In this document: positions 50,805 to 63,169 of the stretch, piece after piece
Layout of the letters: the number at the start of each line of letters is the position of its first letter
How positions within the stretch are numbered: position 1 is the first letter of the stretch
Assembly: GCA_013239625.1 (NCBI GenBank)
Contig: MU053652.1
Location: forward strand, 1,490,001-1,554,000
Length of the DNA stretch: 64,000 bases
From: Lama guanicoe
Lineage: Eukaryota
Reading direction: 5' to 3'
Notes under the pieces: generated by a model
The model's input: the letters and a program-made list of their open reading frames with translations, nothing else
The model's database searches: none
What the model was told of the DNA's origin: nothing
Made by a program: the position numbers and the translations under genes

Positions 50805-51485
50805 AAAAACCTCTTTGAAAGACAGTTTGGCAATATCAGTCAGAACCATGTTTTTTCCCCATTTCACCCAACAATTCACATCTTGGAAATGATTCTGTGC
50901 ATGAACTTACACATACACTTAAAGATATATGAAGAAGTATATTTACTGAATCATCTTTTTTTTTAAACTTTTTTCATTGAGTTATAGTCATTTTATAATG
51001 CTGCGTCAAATTCCAGTGTAGAATCATCTTTTTACAGTAGCAAAATCCTGGAAAGAAATCGAATGTCCATCAAAAGTGCTCATTAAAATATCGGACATCC
51101 ATGTGGTACAAAATCACACAACTTAACAATGAGGCATATTTGTATCATGATATGGAACAGTCTCCAAGATAATTAAGTTAAAAAAGAAAAGGAAAGGAAA
51201 CAAAGAATAAGAAGAGAATGATTAGTGTGTTAACATTTACTTTTGTCTTTTATGGGAAAATAGACACATACATTCTTGTCCATGTGAAAACTCTCTCTGG
51301 AAGGTTTCCCAAGAAGGTGGTATTACTGGCTGCCTCTGATAAAAAAAAGAAGGGATTTGAGAAGCCCAAATGCAAGAGTCTTAGTTTCTATTGTTCTTAT
51401 TTTTCATTTTATTTGATTTTTTACCATGTGCGTGTATGACCCTGTAAAATAATACCAAAATACTTTTAAAATGAAATTTTAGAAC
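50805..51485 (+). mobile_element. L1M 3' relic
   Basis: ctctttgaaagacagtttggcaatatc...gaatgtccatcaa...atatggaacagtctccaagata. Confidence 0.75.
50961..51020 (-). mobile_element. 60-bp young L1 tail with 13-bp TSD
   Basis: gaatcatcttttt occurs at 50948-50960 and 51021-51033 and flanks an antisense A-tailed insert. Confidence 0.85.
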
Positions 51486-51799
51486 TAAGGTATGGGGCCA
51501 AAATAAAAGGAGAAACAGAAGAACAGTAAGTAGCTGCCTTCTCTTCCTAGATGCTGTTTAGCACTTTTTTTTTTTTTTGGTACCATTAGACCTGGCGGTT
51601 GGCTGGATTGCAAAGTTGAAAAAGTCTGAATCAACTGCAGTAGGAGTTTCTCCCATTCAGTGGTTTTGATTTCTCTTGCTGTTCCTGGAAGACAGCTAGC
51701 AGCTTGTACATCTCTTCACTTTGGGATGTTGAAGATCCCCTGTGGCACCTCTCCCAGGGCCCTTTGCATCATGAGAGAACGGGGATTCAGGGGGAAGAA

Positions 51800-52106
51800 T
51801 TCCTTTTTTTAAAGAAACTTTATCATAGTGTCATTTTATTTTATTTTATTTTATTGGATTTTTAAAAATTGTACTTTAGTCAGTTTACAATGTCATGTCA
51901 ATTTCTGGCATACAGCATAATGTTTCAGGCATACATATACAAACATATATTCATTTTCATATTCTTTTTCATTATAGGTTACTACAAGATACTGAATCTA
52001 GTTTCCTGTGCTGTACACTATAAACTTGTTGTTTATCTGTTATATATATAGTAGTTAGTTTCTGCAAATCTCAAACTCCCAATTTATCCTTTCCCACCCT
52101 CTTTCC
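51800..52106 (-). mobile_element. Young L1 3' UTR fragment
   Basis: (TTTTA)n tail, then tagtcagtttacaatgtcatgtcaatttctggcatacagcataatg...ttataggttactacaagatactgaat...ctcccaatttatcctttcccaccc. Confidence 0.85.
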
Positions 52107-53396
52107 AGGTACAGAATTTCTGACTTCAGTAGGAGATTGCTTAAGTGAGAGGACTGTCCTCACAGTGCTTAAAGTTGAAAGGTCTGTCCATGCCCCTCAG
52201 TAAGACCAGCCCTGTTTCCAAGAATATAGCTTCTAGCACTGGCTTGGTCATGTAGCATACATTTAATCTTGCCAGGAGCTATGAGGATGGGTGAGTGAGG
52301 AGCAGCTAAGAGCACGGGGCAGGGAGAGGTCCAATGGAATTAGACGTGAGAGTGGAGACACCTCAATGACAAGGCTCATCCAGGGACACAGCTACCCTGG
52401 GATCTCAGGGCAAAAGATCAAATATAAGAACATCTGGAAAAGATCCCCAGCCTAAGGTACTACCCAGAGCATACTCACTAGACTGTGTTCATTCGTCCCT
52501 CTAGAACTTGGCGTAGCTAAATAGTCTACTTGATATGCCATATGTGCCCCCTCCCTACTCCCCTTCCAAATGATACTCTTCCTTCAAGATCATTCAGTTC
52601 ATTCATCAACACTTGTCAAGTATCTTCTAAGAGCCAGATACATGCTGGGTGTTGGGGGCATAGTAAGAATAAGGGCTGGGCCTCTGAAATTGAGGTATGT
52701 GTCTCAGGGATACACAAAGCAGTGAGATAAACATGTTATCTTCCCAAAGTGTCAGTTTTACTTGAAGATTGGGGTAAGAAAGTAAAGGAAAGCCATTTAA
52801 GTGCCAATAATTTAAAATAATATTCTTATATTAAAACAAACAGATCTATTATGGAATAGGGGCAAAATTTGCATGTATTTAAAAAATAAAACTTGAGATT
52901 TCAAAGAAATTGCATGCAAGTATTTGACTTCTTTGGACTATATCCCAAAAACTTGGGAGTACACATGTTAATTCTCTTCTGTCATGATCGGTGCATTGAC
53001 TGAAAAGTTTCAAAGTCCTTACTGCATGTTGTGGGGGGAAATTGAAGAATTTTCATTAGAGAAGAGTTGCAGTTTAGAAATGTCATTTTCAAGGAATGCG
53101 AGTATATATACAGGCCAAACACTTGAATTTCTTTCTTCTTCCTCCTGAAACCCCACTAACATGACCGTAAAGCATTAGGGAAAAAAGGGACAAAAGACAG
53201 GAGAGGTAATGACAAAAGGCAAAAGATGTCTACAAAATCATGAAAGCTGGAAAGCGATGGGCTAAGACAAATGATTTATGAGTGGAGAAAAAGCTGAAAT
53301 ATTGCTAGGGGAAGTTAAGAAGAAGCAAACTTGTCTGCACAAAGAAAACCAGGAACCAGAGGTACGGCTTCCTTGGAAATCTTCTGGGATAGACTG

Positions 53397-53771
53397 TGCT
53401 GTGGGCTTTATATGTGGAAACTCTAACCCCTAATGTGAATATATTTGGATGTACAGCCTTTAGGAGGTAATTAAAGTTAAGTGAAGTTGTAAGGGTGGGG
53501 CCATACTCTGATAGGATTAGATTCCTTATAAGAAGAGATACCAAAGAGTTCTAGTTCTCCCCACCCTCCCACCACTCCCATCCTTGGCCCCCTCAGGCAC
53601 ACAGAAGGAAGGCCATGTGAGAAGGTGGCCATGCACGAGCCAGGAAGAGAGGTTTCACCAGGAACCATGATCTGGGACTTCTAGCCTTCAAACTGTAGGC
53701 AAATGTATTTCTGTTGTTTAAACCACCCAGCCTGTGGTGTTTTGTTACGGCAACCTGAGCTCACCAAGACG
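53397..53771 (+). mobile_element. MLT1A-like solo LTR
   Basis: ggcctt-type core gcctttaggaggtaattaaagttaagtgaag...ggccatgtgag...tttctgttgtttaaaccacccagcctgtggtgttttgttacggca. Confidence 0.88.
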
Positions 53772-53997
53772 CACTAAGGCACATCATGAATTTTCAAAAT
53801 GCCATAGAAAAATAGCCTGAAGCCAGGGAAGTAAAGAGGAGAGAATATAAAAGAGCAGGAGTCAACATGATGTGGGTCTTCTCATCAACAGTATTGGAAG
53901 TTAGAAGACTATGGAGCCATGACTTCAGAGTTCTGAGGGAAATTGTTTTCAAAACTAGAATTCTATACCTAGCCAAACTACCTCTAGGATGAGGATA

Positions 53998-54428
53998 CGT
54001 GCTGCTTAATTTTATGTGTCAACTTGACCGATCTAATGGAATGCCTAGACAGATGGCCGAGCATTGTTTCTGGGTATGTGTATGATGGTGTTTCCAGAAG
54101 AGAGTAGCATTTGAATCCACAGACTAAGTAAAGAAGATCACCCTCACCAGTGCAGGTGGACATCATCCAGTCCACTGAGGTTGGTGGAGGAAGGGTGAAT
54201 TTGCTCTTTTTCTTGAACTGGGGCATACATCTATTCCTGCCCTTGGACACCAGCTCTCCTGGTTTGGGGGCATTCAGGTTTGGATTGGAATTACACCATC
54301 GGCTTCCTTGGGCCTCTAGCCTGCAGATAGCAGATCATGGGATTTCTCAGCCTCCGTCATCATGTGAGCCCATGTCTCATAATATCTGTATTATGATTCT
54401 GCTTCTCGGAGGAACCCTGACTAATGTA
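53998..54428 (+). mobile_element. MLT2 solo LTR
   Basis: ttaattttatgtgtcaacttgac...gactaagtaaagaagatcaccctcacca...gaaccctgactaatgta. Confidence 0.88.
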
Positions 54429-54881
54429 AGACAGAAGACATTTTTAGAAATAAAAGTCTTAAAAAACTACTTCATTTGCACCCTTTATCAGGAAGCTGCT
54501 AGAAAATATATTCCATAAGGTTGAGGATAATTGAGCAGGATTAGAGAGCTTCAGTCCATATTAGAAAAAGAGGAGGGAGAGTCTCAAGAGGGAAATCTCC
54601 TAGAAGAAAAATACTAAGTGGGCTGATTACCAGATGTGTTTAAACATCTCAGGAAGAGATATTCTGGTAGAGAGCTGGGAGAGAAATTAGTAAGGGGTAC
54701 ATCCAAAGCTAAGCAAATAAAAAAACGTGGCAGTTATGTATTCCAGGAAAAATAAAAAACCCTTACAGGAAAAGAAATGCAATCATGTGGATCAACTGTG
54801 AATAATATTATAGAGTGAAAACAACAAAAACTATGTGAAATACTGTGAGTAGCAGTCTTGGGAGATGGAGAAAGGAAAAGT

Positions 54882-54919
54882 TGTGTGTGTGTGTGTGTGT
54901 GTGTATGTGTGTGTGTGTG
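54882..54919. repeat. (TG)n microsatellite
   Basis: TG run with one TA interruption. Confidence 0.95.
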
Positions 54920-55249
54920 AGTGTAAAAGACCTAAACTGTCATCTTCCATGGTAGGAAGTCAGTAAATATCTTTAAAAATCAGCAAGGAAGAGTAGCCTA
55001 AGCGGATTATTTAGAATGTAAAAGTCAGTGCCAGACAGTGATGGTGATTGGTGGGGAAAGGGAATACCATTCTTCATTATAGGCCTCGAGTAACATTTGA
55101 TTTTGTAAACTTTGTAGAACTTTGATAAAATTAAAGGGAAACTAAAAAAATCAGAAATATCACTTTTGTAGTTATTCAGAGATAAGATTGGTGAAAGATT
55201 AAGTGGAAGCAGAGAAGGCAGTCAGGAGCCACTGCACTTATCTGAGCAT

Positions 55250-55610
55250 CATAGTTAGGTTCCGGCTTGCAGGCTGCATACTGAGGAGGACCCTTGGGAT
55301 CAGCACCTGTGGGAGGGAGTCGGGGGTAAAGTGGGAGTGGGCAGAGGAAAATGTCATTCTGTGATGCAGGCCCAACAACAGCCTCAGCTGACCCCACAGG
55401 GAATTCTGGAGCTAGAATAGCTCTTCAGAGTTGTCCTGGGTTGGGCTGAGATAGATGAGCCTTGGATAAGGCAGCTCTCTGCAGCTGAAGCAACCTGATT
55501 GCTTGAGGGGTTGATAGCTGAGGGCTGGGCACTAACAGCATTCCTAGAGCTGAGACAGCAAGGCCTTCACTGGAGGAGAATCTGGACTGTGCATGATAAT
55601 GTCTACTAAT
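55250..55610 (-). mobile_element. LTR16A/B-like ERVL LTR
   Basis: cttgggatcagcacctgtggg...tgggcagaggaaaatg...ctgtgatgcagg...gcctcagctgaccccacagggaattctggagct...cttcagagttgtcc. Confidence 0.8.
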
Positions 55611-55614
55611 TACC

Positions 55615-56280
55615 TTTCTACAGAAGGTAAGAAACGATGAAAGCTCAAACTAGGTTGTGGCAGTGGGAATATGGAGGAAAGAACAGATTTCAGAGGTAAT
55701 TAGGAGGTAAAATCTACATGACATGCTGATAGATTGTCTATGGTGAATGGAAAGGAGAAGTGTATTAGGACCATCTGGTATACCTCTGGGTTTCTTGCTC
55801 GGTGGATTGTGATGGTGACTGTGTTCATGGAGAGAGGGCCTCTTATATAAAAGAAAAGATGATAAATTCAGTTTGGGAAAGCTGAATAGAGAGGCTTGGA
55901 GGGGAGAAAGCCTCCTTGAAGCTTCTGCCTTAGCTCACCCAGATCTCTTCTCCTAATTACAGATGACTTTTATTTTCTGACCTCCACAGTCAAACCCTCA
56001 GTTATATTTCCTACTAGAGAGTAAACTTCATGAAAGCAGGGATTTTTGTGTGTATGTCAGTACCTAGAGCAGACCCTGGTATTGAGTATGCAACACACGT
56101 AGGGATTTCTATTGACCCAGTGTACTGTTCCTAAGGTTGTCTTTTTGTGTCCAGCCACCTCAATAAGAGTTCAACCCTTCTGCTGCCTGAGATCACACAT
56201 TAGTTTACTTCCATACACCCCGCAGCACCCAGCACAGTGCTGGGTACAAAGCATGCACATGCCAAATGCAACTGATTGAT
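55615..56280. mobile_element. L2 fragments (antisense about 55615-55890; sense about 55940-56280)
   Basis: aggaggtaaaatctacatgacatgctgatagatt; actagagagtaaacttcatgaaagcagggatt; cccagcacagtgctgggtacaaagcatg. Confidence 0.65.
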
Positions 56281-57479
56281 AAGTGGCCAGAGGGTCTCAG
56301 GTATGGACTCTGTACACCCACCCGACTCTGCCTCCCAGCTTGTTCCCACCTTTTGTGATGTTCTCTCTGGTGCCTGGTTTCTTTAGAGTCACAGAAATCA
56401 GAAAGGTAGAGTTGGATCCCCTGATCACCATAACTCTGCTTCTTCAGGCTTTACTTGTTGTGGGATGCCAGGGAGGTGGAAGAAAGGAGGTCTCTTGTGG
56501 TCATATAACCCTCAGCCCCGGGAAGCTTGGTTCAGCACCGCCCCCCTCCTGGGCATCAATCATTGGTCTGCACCCCATCAGAGAGGTTTAGGTTCTTGCA
56601 AATTGCCTAGCCCTCACTTCTGAGATGGAAAAAGTAAGTAGAGAAGAAACTTGAAGAATGAAAGAAAAAAAGATCTTGAGGGCCAAAAATTGCTTTATTT
56701 TTAAGGCTGTTTTCTGCAGGTGAAAATGCATTCATAGCATTGGCATTCATGGCAAGGAGTTATCTTACCTATTTTATATAAGGAAAATAAACTGGGTGAC
56801 GTAGAAAGTAGAAGAAAGTCTCCTGGTTTGGGCTTTTTTCCTTTCTCTTAGTCAGAGCCTTCTGTGCTCATGCCTACTGCACATGCTTACCCATGGACTG
56901 ACTTCGAGGTAGGTGAATTTCTGAGAGTTTATGGTGAAAGTCATTCTAAGAGTGGTGGGCAGGTTATGGGGAGCCTCAGTAGAGCAGCCCTCAACAATTT
57001 GCTGGTAGGGACTGGTATTTAATCTTTACATCACTAAACACCAAATCAGCAACCTGTGAGTTACACAGACTAAGTTCATGGCTTCTCCCAGGACACACAG
57101 GAACTGGAGTTTCCAGACTCATGTTTCCTTGACCAAGACTAACCCCCATTTGTGACTTCCCACATGAAGGAGGGCTTGGAGTTTGAACTGGTTTCCAGCT
57201 CATGAAACCAATTCTTCACCCCATGTTCTTCATGCTCCTGGAGATCCCTGTTCTGAACATTCAGGATGACTATCTGGTATTGGGTCTGTGATCTGTGCTC
57301 ATGGAGCAGGGATTGCTCGCCTCAATGTAGAGAGACAGAAGCTGCAGCCATGTGAGCTAATCAGCAGGCCTGTGCTTATGGTCAGGGATTGGAGTCTTTA
57401 TTTTCTTTGCATATTGCTGTGATTATATTAAATATTCCAGCACCATCACCACTGATGGTTACCACCATTATGGTGGGAG

Positions 57480-57720
57480 CAGCGAAGAATCTCAGTGGTG
57501 AAGGGCAGCGGCACTTAGAGCCTGAAGATGTGATTCTAATCCTGCAGTTCCCCTTGACTAGCTGTGTGACCTTGAGCATGTTACCTGACTTCTCTGAAAT
57601 TCAGTTTTTATTGAAAGAATGATCATCACTGTCTTAATTACATCACAGTGGATTCTGAGGACTGGATGAGACAGTATAAGGGAAAGTGCTTTGTAAACTG
57701 TATATTGCTATGTGGCCAGT
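57480..57720 (+). mobile_element. MIR
   Basis: actagctgtgtgaccttgagcatgttacctgacttctctgaaattcagttt...aaagtgctttgtaaactgta. Confidence 0.8.
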
Positions 57721-58779
57721 ATGCTATAACCGTTGCTGATTGCAATGCTAAGACCAGGCTTCCTGTATTCTCCCATTCTCTGGATAGTGAGTGCTGCTCT
57801 GTATCTAACGCTAAGCCAGGTACTGGGAGTACAATGGACAGAAAGCAGTGAAGTCTCCAACCTCAGGTCTTTATGTCCCAGCGTTAGGATTCCCACATCC
57901 AGACATGCTGATCTGCCTCCCTTAGGCATGCTGCTGCACACTCTGGAACTTGCTTCCTACCAGACCTTTGGATGCGCCATCTGGAAGGGCCTTCCGAGAG
58001 GAGCTTTTCAACCTGTGATATGGGAGCCCAAGTGTCCCAGGGAGAAATCCCCATGAGTGAGGGGCAAAACCAGCAAGAGGGACCCCGAGCCTCCTCCCTG
58101 CCTTCAGCCAGGGTTGCTTCTCTTTCCTCACTTTATTTCATTGTTTGAAAACTTCTCCTTTGGTGGAAGGAGCTGGACGGCTTGACTCCTTGATCTTTTT
58201 TAACTTTAACATCTGATTCATGGGTGAGTCTCTTTCAAAGTCTCTTTCTTCCCCTCCCAGTGGTAGCCAGAGGCAGAGACTGCCAGTTGCCATTATTGGA
58301 ATGTAACCAAGGTATGATGACTTTAATCTCAATAGTTACGTAGAATGGGGGAGGGGCTGGGTGGGTGACAAGTCCCCTGGAGGGGTGGGTTGACTTCCTT
58401 CCCTGGCCATAGGACAGCAGCCTGCACAAATAGTTTTGACAGCCACCCAGCTGGGGCTGCTGTGCTTCCCGGGAAATGCTGGGTCTGACTCTGACTCTAC
58501 TGAAGGCGATTTCTCTCCTCTGCAGTCAGTCGTCCCCCAACAGGTAACGTGGTGATCACGTGGTGGTTCACCCCTGGCCCCGAGCTCATGGGTGGCCTTC
58601 TAACAGCAAATGGCATTCTGAGTAGTCTTTGACCTTGGAGGAAACAATTCTGCAGTGTCTAGACTCTCTGCAGTGGTTGACCCCAAGAGCTGAAAGAACA
58701 TTTTAAGGGAGCAGAGCCCCCCAGGCCAAGTGCTGACCAACAACTAAAGTTTCCCCAGGAAGTGGTCCTTTTCAGGCCA

Positions 58780-59555
58780 CAGTGGAGAGTTATTTGTCAG
58801 TATTTGTGAAAATTTAAGTGTTCATACCCTTAGACCCAGCAAATCAATTTCTCACTATGTTTCCTGAAGTAGGACTCTCATAAATACAGAGCGAAGCATA
58901 AATAAGATGCCCATTGCTGTGATGTACATAAATCAAAAGATTAAAAACCATGTAAACATCCAGCAGTGGAGGACTAGGTGAGTATGCTGTGGTATATTTA
59001 TATTATGGAATACTGTGAATGGTTAAAAATATAAGGTAGACTTATATGGACTGACATGGAAAGGGCTTTAAGACATATTCCAAAAAGAACAGTGGGAGAA
59101 GGGTATGGCTCAAGTGGTAGAGCGCAAGCTCAGCACCCAAGAGGTTCTGGGTTCAATCCCCAGCTCCTCCTCCAAGTGGAAATCGATGAATAAACCTAAT
59201 GACCTCCCCCTCATAAAACAAACAATACAAGCAACCAAAAGAAAGTCATAGAGCACAAGTAACAAGTTATACTATTTATAGAAATAAGAACAAGAACAAG
59301 ATAAAACTGTAAATGTCTCTAGGTATGTGTACATTTATATGTAAAAGAACAGAAAAAGATCTGGAAGGATACAAGCCAGGGAAAAGTTGTTGCTTTCCAG
59401 GAGAAGACTGGATTTGAGGCAATAAGCAAGGGGGTTTTGGTTTTCATTGTTTGGATTTTGATCATTGTAAAGCAGCATTAATGTGCTATTTATGTCATTA
59501 AAAATGAATTAATAAAAATAAGGAAATAAAATGCATAAATAAACTAAGAAGTTTT
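58780..59555 (+). mobile_element. L1M 3' relic hosting a SINE
   Basis: cataccctt agacccagcaa-type motif, gtggtatatttatattatggaatactgtg and ctgacatggaaag. Confidence 0.75.
59094..59240 (+). mobile_element. Vic-1-type camelid tRNA-derived SINE
   Basis: gggagaagggtatggctcaagtggtagagcgcaagctcagcacccaagaggttctgggttcaatccccag...ataaacctaatgacctccccc plus an A-rich tail. Degenerate TSD caaaaagaacagt / caaaagaaagt. Confidence 0.88.
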
Positions 59556-60229
59556 AAAATCTAAGTATATTGGACTTTGCAAATATAAATAATAATGTCA
59601 TTTATTACATTTTTTATTGTTATCATAATGTTTTAAGATCTTGAACAAAGAAACAAAAACTAAGCAAAACAACAAGAATCCTCTCACGGATCCTACTCAG
59701 AAGTGAGCCCCTTATCCAGGGTCACTTCCAAAATCACAGGAGTTCTTGGGATTAGGACTCATGCGTACGAAGTATGTCATTCAGTCTTTCAGGACCTGTA
59801 GGAGTGATGGTGGCCCTGGAGCCTTGAACATATTTCCCAACAAAAAAGAGCTTATCAAGAAAATCTGGTGACAGGATTGCTATTGTCCAGCAGTTGTCAA
59901 ATTATGCTCCTGCTGGAGTGAGATGTTCCGCAGCTAAAATGAAAGAGCTGGTCACACACGTTTGTTTCATTTCTACAATGTGTTTGACACTGCCCTAGGA
60001 ACTGAAACAGAGCAACAAGTAAGACAGTCATTGCCCCTCCCTGTGTAGAGTTTGCAGTCTAGGGATATCCTCCTAATTTAAGGAAACATTAATGCATAGA
60101 ATGTTCTCCATTTTCAGTTTTTCCTCCCATAAACTTTCCCTTTGATTTTCGATATTGCTTATATTACCAGCCAGCACAGACAACTGCAATAAAGATGGAC
60201 GGGTAGCAAATGACTATTAACAGGGAAAT

Positions 60230-60449
60230 TCAGAAATAGTTTTTTAATGTTTAATTTGACAACTTATCTTTTTGGACCTGTATGCCTGGATATGATATTA
60301 TATTTCATGCATATGATATAATTATATTGTCTCCTACTAAAAGTGTTGATTTGTAAAATGGAATTAAAAATACAAGTATCTTAGGGAGCATACAGAGAAT
60401 ATCATGATTTCTAGGCTGGTACTACCTGAAAAAGTTTGAAAACCACTGA
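60230..60449. mobile_element. hAT-Charlie-like terminal fragment
   Basis: AT-rich tract ending aaaagtttgaaaaccactg, the typical hAT-Charlie terminus. Confidence 0.5.
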
Positions 60450-60979
60450 CATATACTTGGCTCTTTTGCAGGGTTGTTTATTTTTCCTAAGAAGTCAAAG
60501 CAGGCAAAATCGTTGTTAAGGAAGTTTTCTGGGATTTACACTTTCCTGACATTTTCCTGGTGTTCTGAGTCATTTCCTTCTAAGCCACAGCTTGTGTAGT
60601 CACCAGGCAGTTTCTGGGTCATAGAAACACAGTCAAACTAATTTTGAAAATTTCCGAACAGTTTCTGTCCTGTCCTTGCATTCTTAATGCTGTGATGCCC
60701 ACAGTGATATTTCTTAAATTCACTTTTCTTTCCTAGCCGCTTCACTCATACAGTACAGTTACTCAAAAACTTTCCTCCCAACTTTAGCTTTCTGCTTCTT
60801 TTCTCTCTCCTCCTTCCATTCCTTACAGTCGTGCATCACGAAAGCCCAAAGCACTGGTCTGGCCACAGTGAGCCTAGCCTAGAGGAGGCGAGGGAAAGGC
60901 CAGGAGTTAGGCAACTCGAGGGCAGTAGGGAGGGAATGGTAGAGAACAGTCATAGCTTAATAATTACTGCCCCATCACG

Positions 60980-61215
60980 TAATCATCTGTTTATTTACTT
61001 AGGCAATAAATATTTATTCAGCACTAAGTGCCAGAGCCTGGGGATAGAGGGTAAACTGAATGAACACAGCCTCTGCTTTCATGGAGCTTTGCTAGTGGGG
61101 CACAGAGACGAGTAAGTGGGCATTTACAGCACATCAGGCCAAGTGCTGCGGCAGCCGTGCAGGGTACCATGGGAGCTTATGGACTCGGGTAGAGGGGGGA
61201 GGAAAAGCTTCCTAA
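60980..61215 (-). mobile_element. L2 3' fragment
   Basis: aaatatttattcagcactaagtgccagagcctggggatagagg...ctgctttcatggagcttt. Confidence 0.7.
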
Positions 61216-61217
61216 GA

Positions 61218-61744
61218 AGGCCACACAGCACACCAAGAAGCCAGATGCTGCTGGTTGTCCACCAGTGTTCCTTCTCCTCATCTTCCTTTAACAATAGCGT
61301 GTACCAAAGCATGCTGTTTAGCTGGTCAGTGTCTGCTCAGCTAGAGACTACCTTCCCTAGGATTCCTTTCAGCCGAGTTCAGCCATGTGACTAAATTCAG
61401 GTCATGAGATCTGAGCAGAAGTGATGTTTGCCACTTCTGGTTTATGCCCCTATGATAAAGGGTGTGCCTTCCTTCTCTGATGCCTATTGTCTGAAAAGAG
61501 GTGGTAACTGGAGCAGCATTCTTAGGCCAGAGATGGAAGGAAGCTCCGTGGTGAAGGTGGGGGAGGAGAAAAGTAGAATGAACTCAAAACATTCCGGTTG
61601 AACTCTGTTGGCCAGCAGAGTTGCCCTACCAGCCTAAGACCGGTAGACTGCTGTGTGGGAAAGAATAAAACACATTCTATCTGGTGTGAGTTACTGTTAT
61701 TTAGTCTGTTTTAGGGCAGCTGGACCAATGTATTAAACCATACA
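61218..61744 (+). mobile_element. Old MLT1 (H/I/J-like) LTR
   Basis: gccatgtgactaaattc...gagatctgagcagaagtgatgtttgccacttctgg...aataaaacacattctatc...aaccataca. Confidence 0.75.
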
Positions 61745-62392
61745 TCAGGTTTAAAATTTTGAAAAGTTTAAAAGAGTTCCAGTGTCTCGTCTCCTCTTCT
61801 TAACCACTTGGGATCTCATGGTGTAACTGAAGAGCAGTCCTCGCATCAGCCGATCTGGGAGGCGCTTGTGAAATGGGCTGTTTAGATCCAACAGAGCAGT
61901 GGCTTCAGTGATATAAGTACTTTTCCAATTTAATCCCCCTAAACTCTTCTTAAAGACAGAGAGCCACTGCCTTAGGAGCTGAAAGAGTAACCTAAAGGAG
62001 AAGGATTTATGTATTTGGCCCCAAATCAAACTCCTTTCTATTAAGAAGACACAGGACACGCAGAAACCAGGAACACAGTGTCATTTTTCCCTCTCTGGCT
62101 TGGAGATCTTCAGGCCAGAGTTCAGGAAGGGATTTTGGATTAGAGTGGAGACTGCCCATCATTTCCTGGGCAAGTCTGCCCAGACGGTGCCTTTTTGGTC
62201 TCCAGGTTTGCTTGTCACACTCTGGGCCATTTCTTATGTCTTGACCCCTTCTTAGCCCAGTTCTTCCTCCCTTTATGATGCTATGGCTGGCTGTCACCAC
62301 CAAGGAGTGCCCTCTCAGTGATGCAAGTTGGGAGGGACCAGCCCTCTGAGACAAACTCATGACCACGATGGCATCTGGTTCTTTACGAAGAG

Positions 62393-62754
62393 TGTCAGTC
62401 AAGTTAAGTTAGGTTGTTCTGCAGTAACAAGCAAACAACCAAACAACTAAATAACCAAACCTCAAACCCAGCATGGCTCAGTAGTGTCTGTAATTAAACC
62501 ACTTGAGGGTTCCCTGATAACCATCCATGACACCACATTTGAACACAAGGCTTCAGGCTTTTTTGTGGCAAGAGAAGAGAGGATGTGGCGAATCATGGTT
62601 CCTGCTGCTTCCAAGCAGAAGAGAGCCATTAACTGGATGCACAAGTCATGTAGCCACTCCTACCATCAAGGGCTGGGGAATGCAGTCCTCCCGTGTGCAT
62701 CCGGAAGGGAAGGACAACTGGAAATACTGGTGAGCAGCAGCGATGCGCACCACA
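62393..62754 (-). mobile_element. Old MLT1 (J/K-like) LTR
   Basis: tgtcagtcaagttaagttaggttgttctgcagtaacaa...agtcatgtagccactcc...ggaaatactggtgagcagca...caccaca. Confidence 0.75.
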
Positions 62755-63169
62755 GAGATCACACTGTGAGAAGGCTGATGGATGAACAGGGAGTCTGCAA
62801 AGTGGGTGTGCACCCTGCGAGGTGCATAAGATGATCCACTGGGTTAAGGAAGAACATAGTGGAGGAACCTCCAGGAATACTTATGTTATCTTCTCCTTTT
62901 TCAATTTCTCCTTTTTGAGTGTGTCTTTTATACCTGTTATAATGAGTATGTCTATTTATAAGGTACATAATGTAGTGGTATGTGATTATAATTTGTAAGT
63001 AAATAAATATGCATATACAGTGGTGATGCTCCAAACAGTTTTATGGATGGGGAAAGTAATCAAATATGTTTGGTGACCACTGGGCCGGAGTAAAGACCCA
63101 AAGACCCTTAGGCTGTGAGTGCTGAAGACTCTTTGAAAATAGGGCCTGGAGCCCTTAACCCCAAAGTGA

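Larger units (their letters stand above)
53110..55150 (+). mobile_element. Old L1M relic carrying two LTR insertions
   Basis: gacttcagagttctgagggaaattgttttcaaaactagaattctatacctagccaaacta is ORF1-like (RILYLAKL) and resumes after the MLT2 as agacagaagacattttta. A-rich throughout. Confidence 0.65.

Noticed and set aside
52867..52874. Octamer ATTTGCAT (also 34099-34106)
   Set aside because: About two copies of an 8-mer are expected by chance in 64 kb, and there is no supporting context.
56531..56550. REST/RE1 site (TTCAGCACC)
   Set aside because: Left half only. The GGACAG right half is absent.
59094..59170. tRNA gene (also 5835-5903)
   Set aside because: The tRNA-like head continues into a shared SINE body and A-rich tail, and the stems are degenerate.
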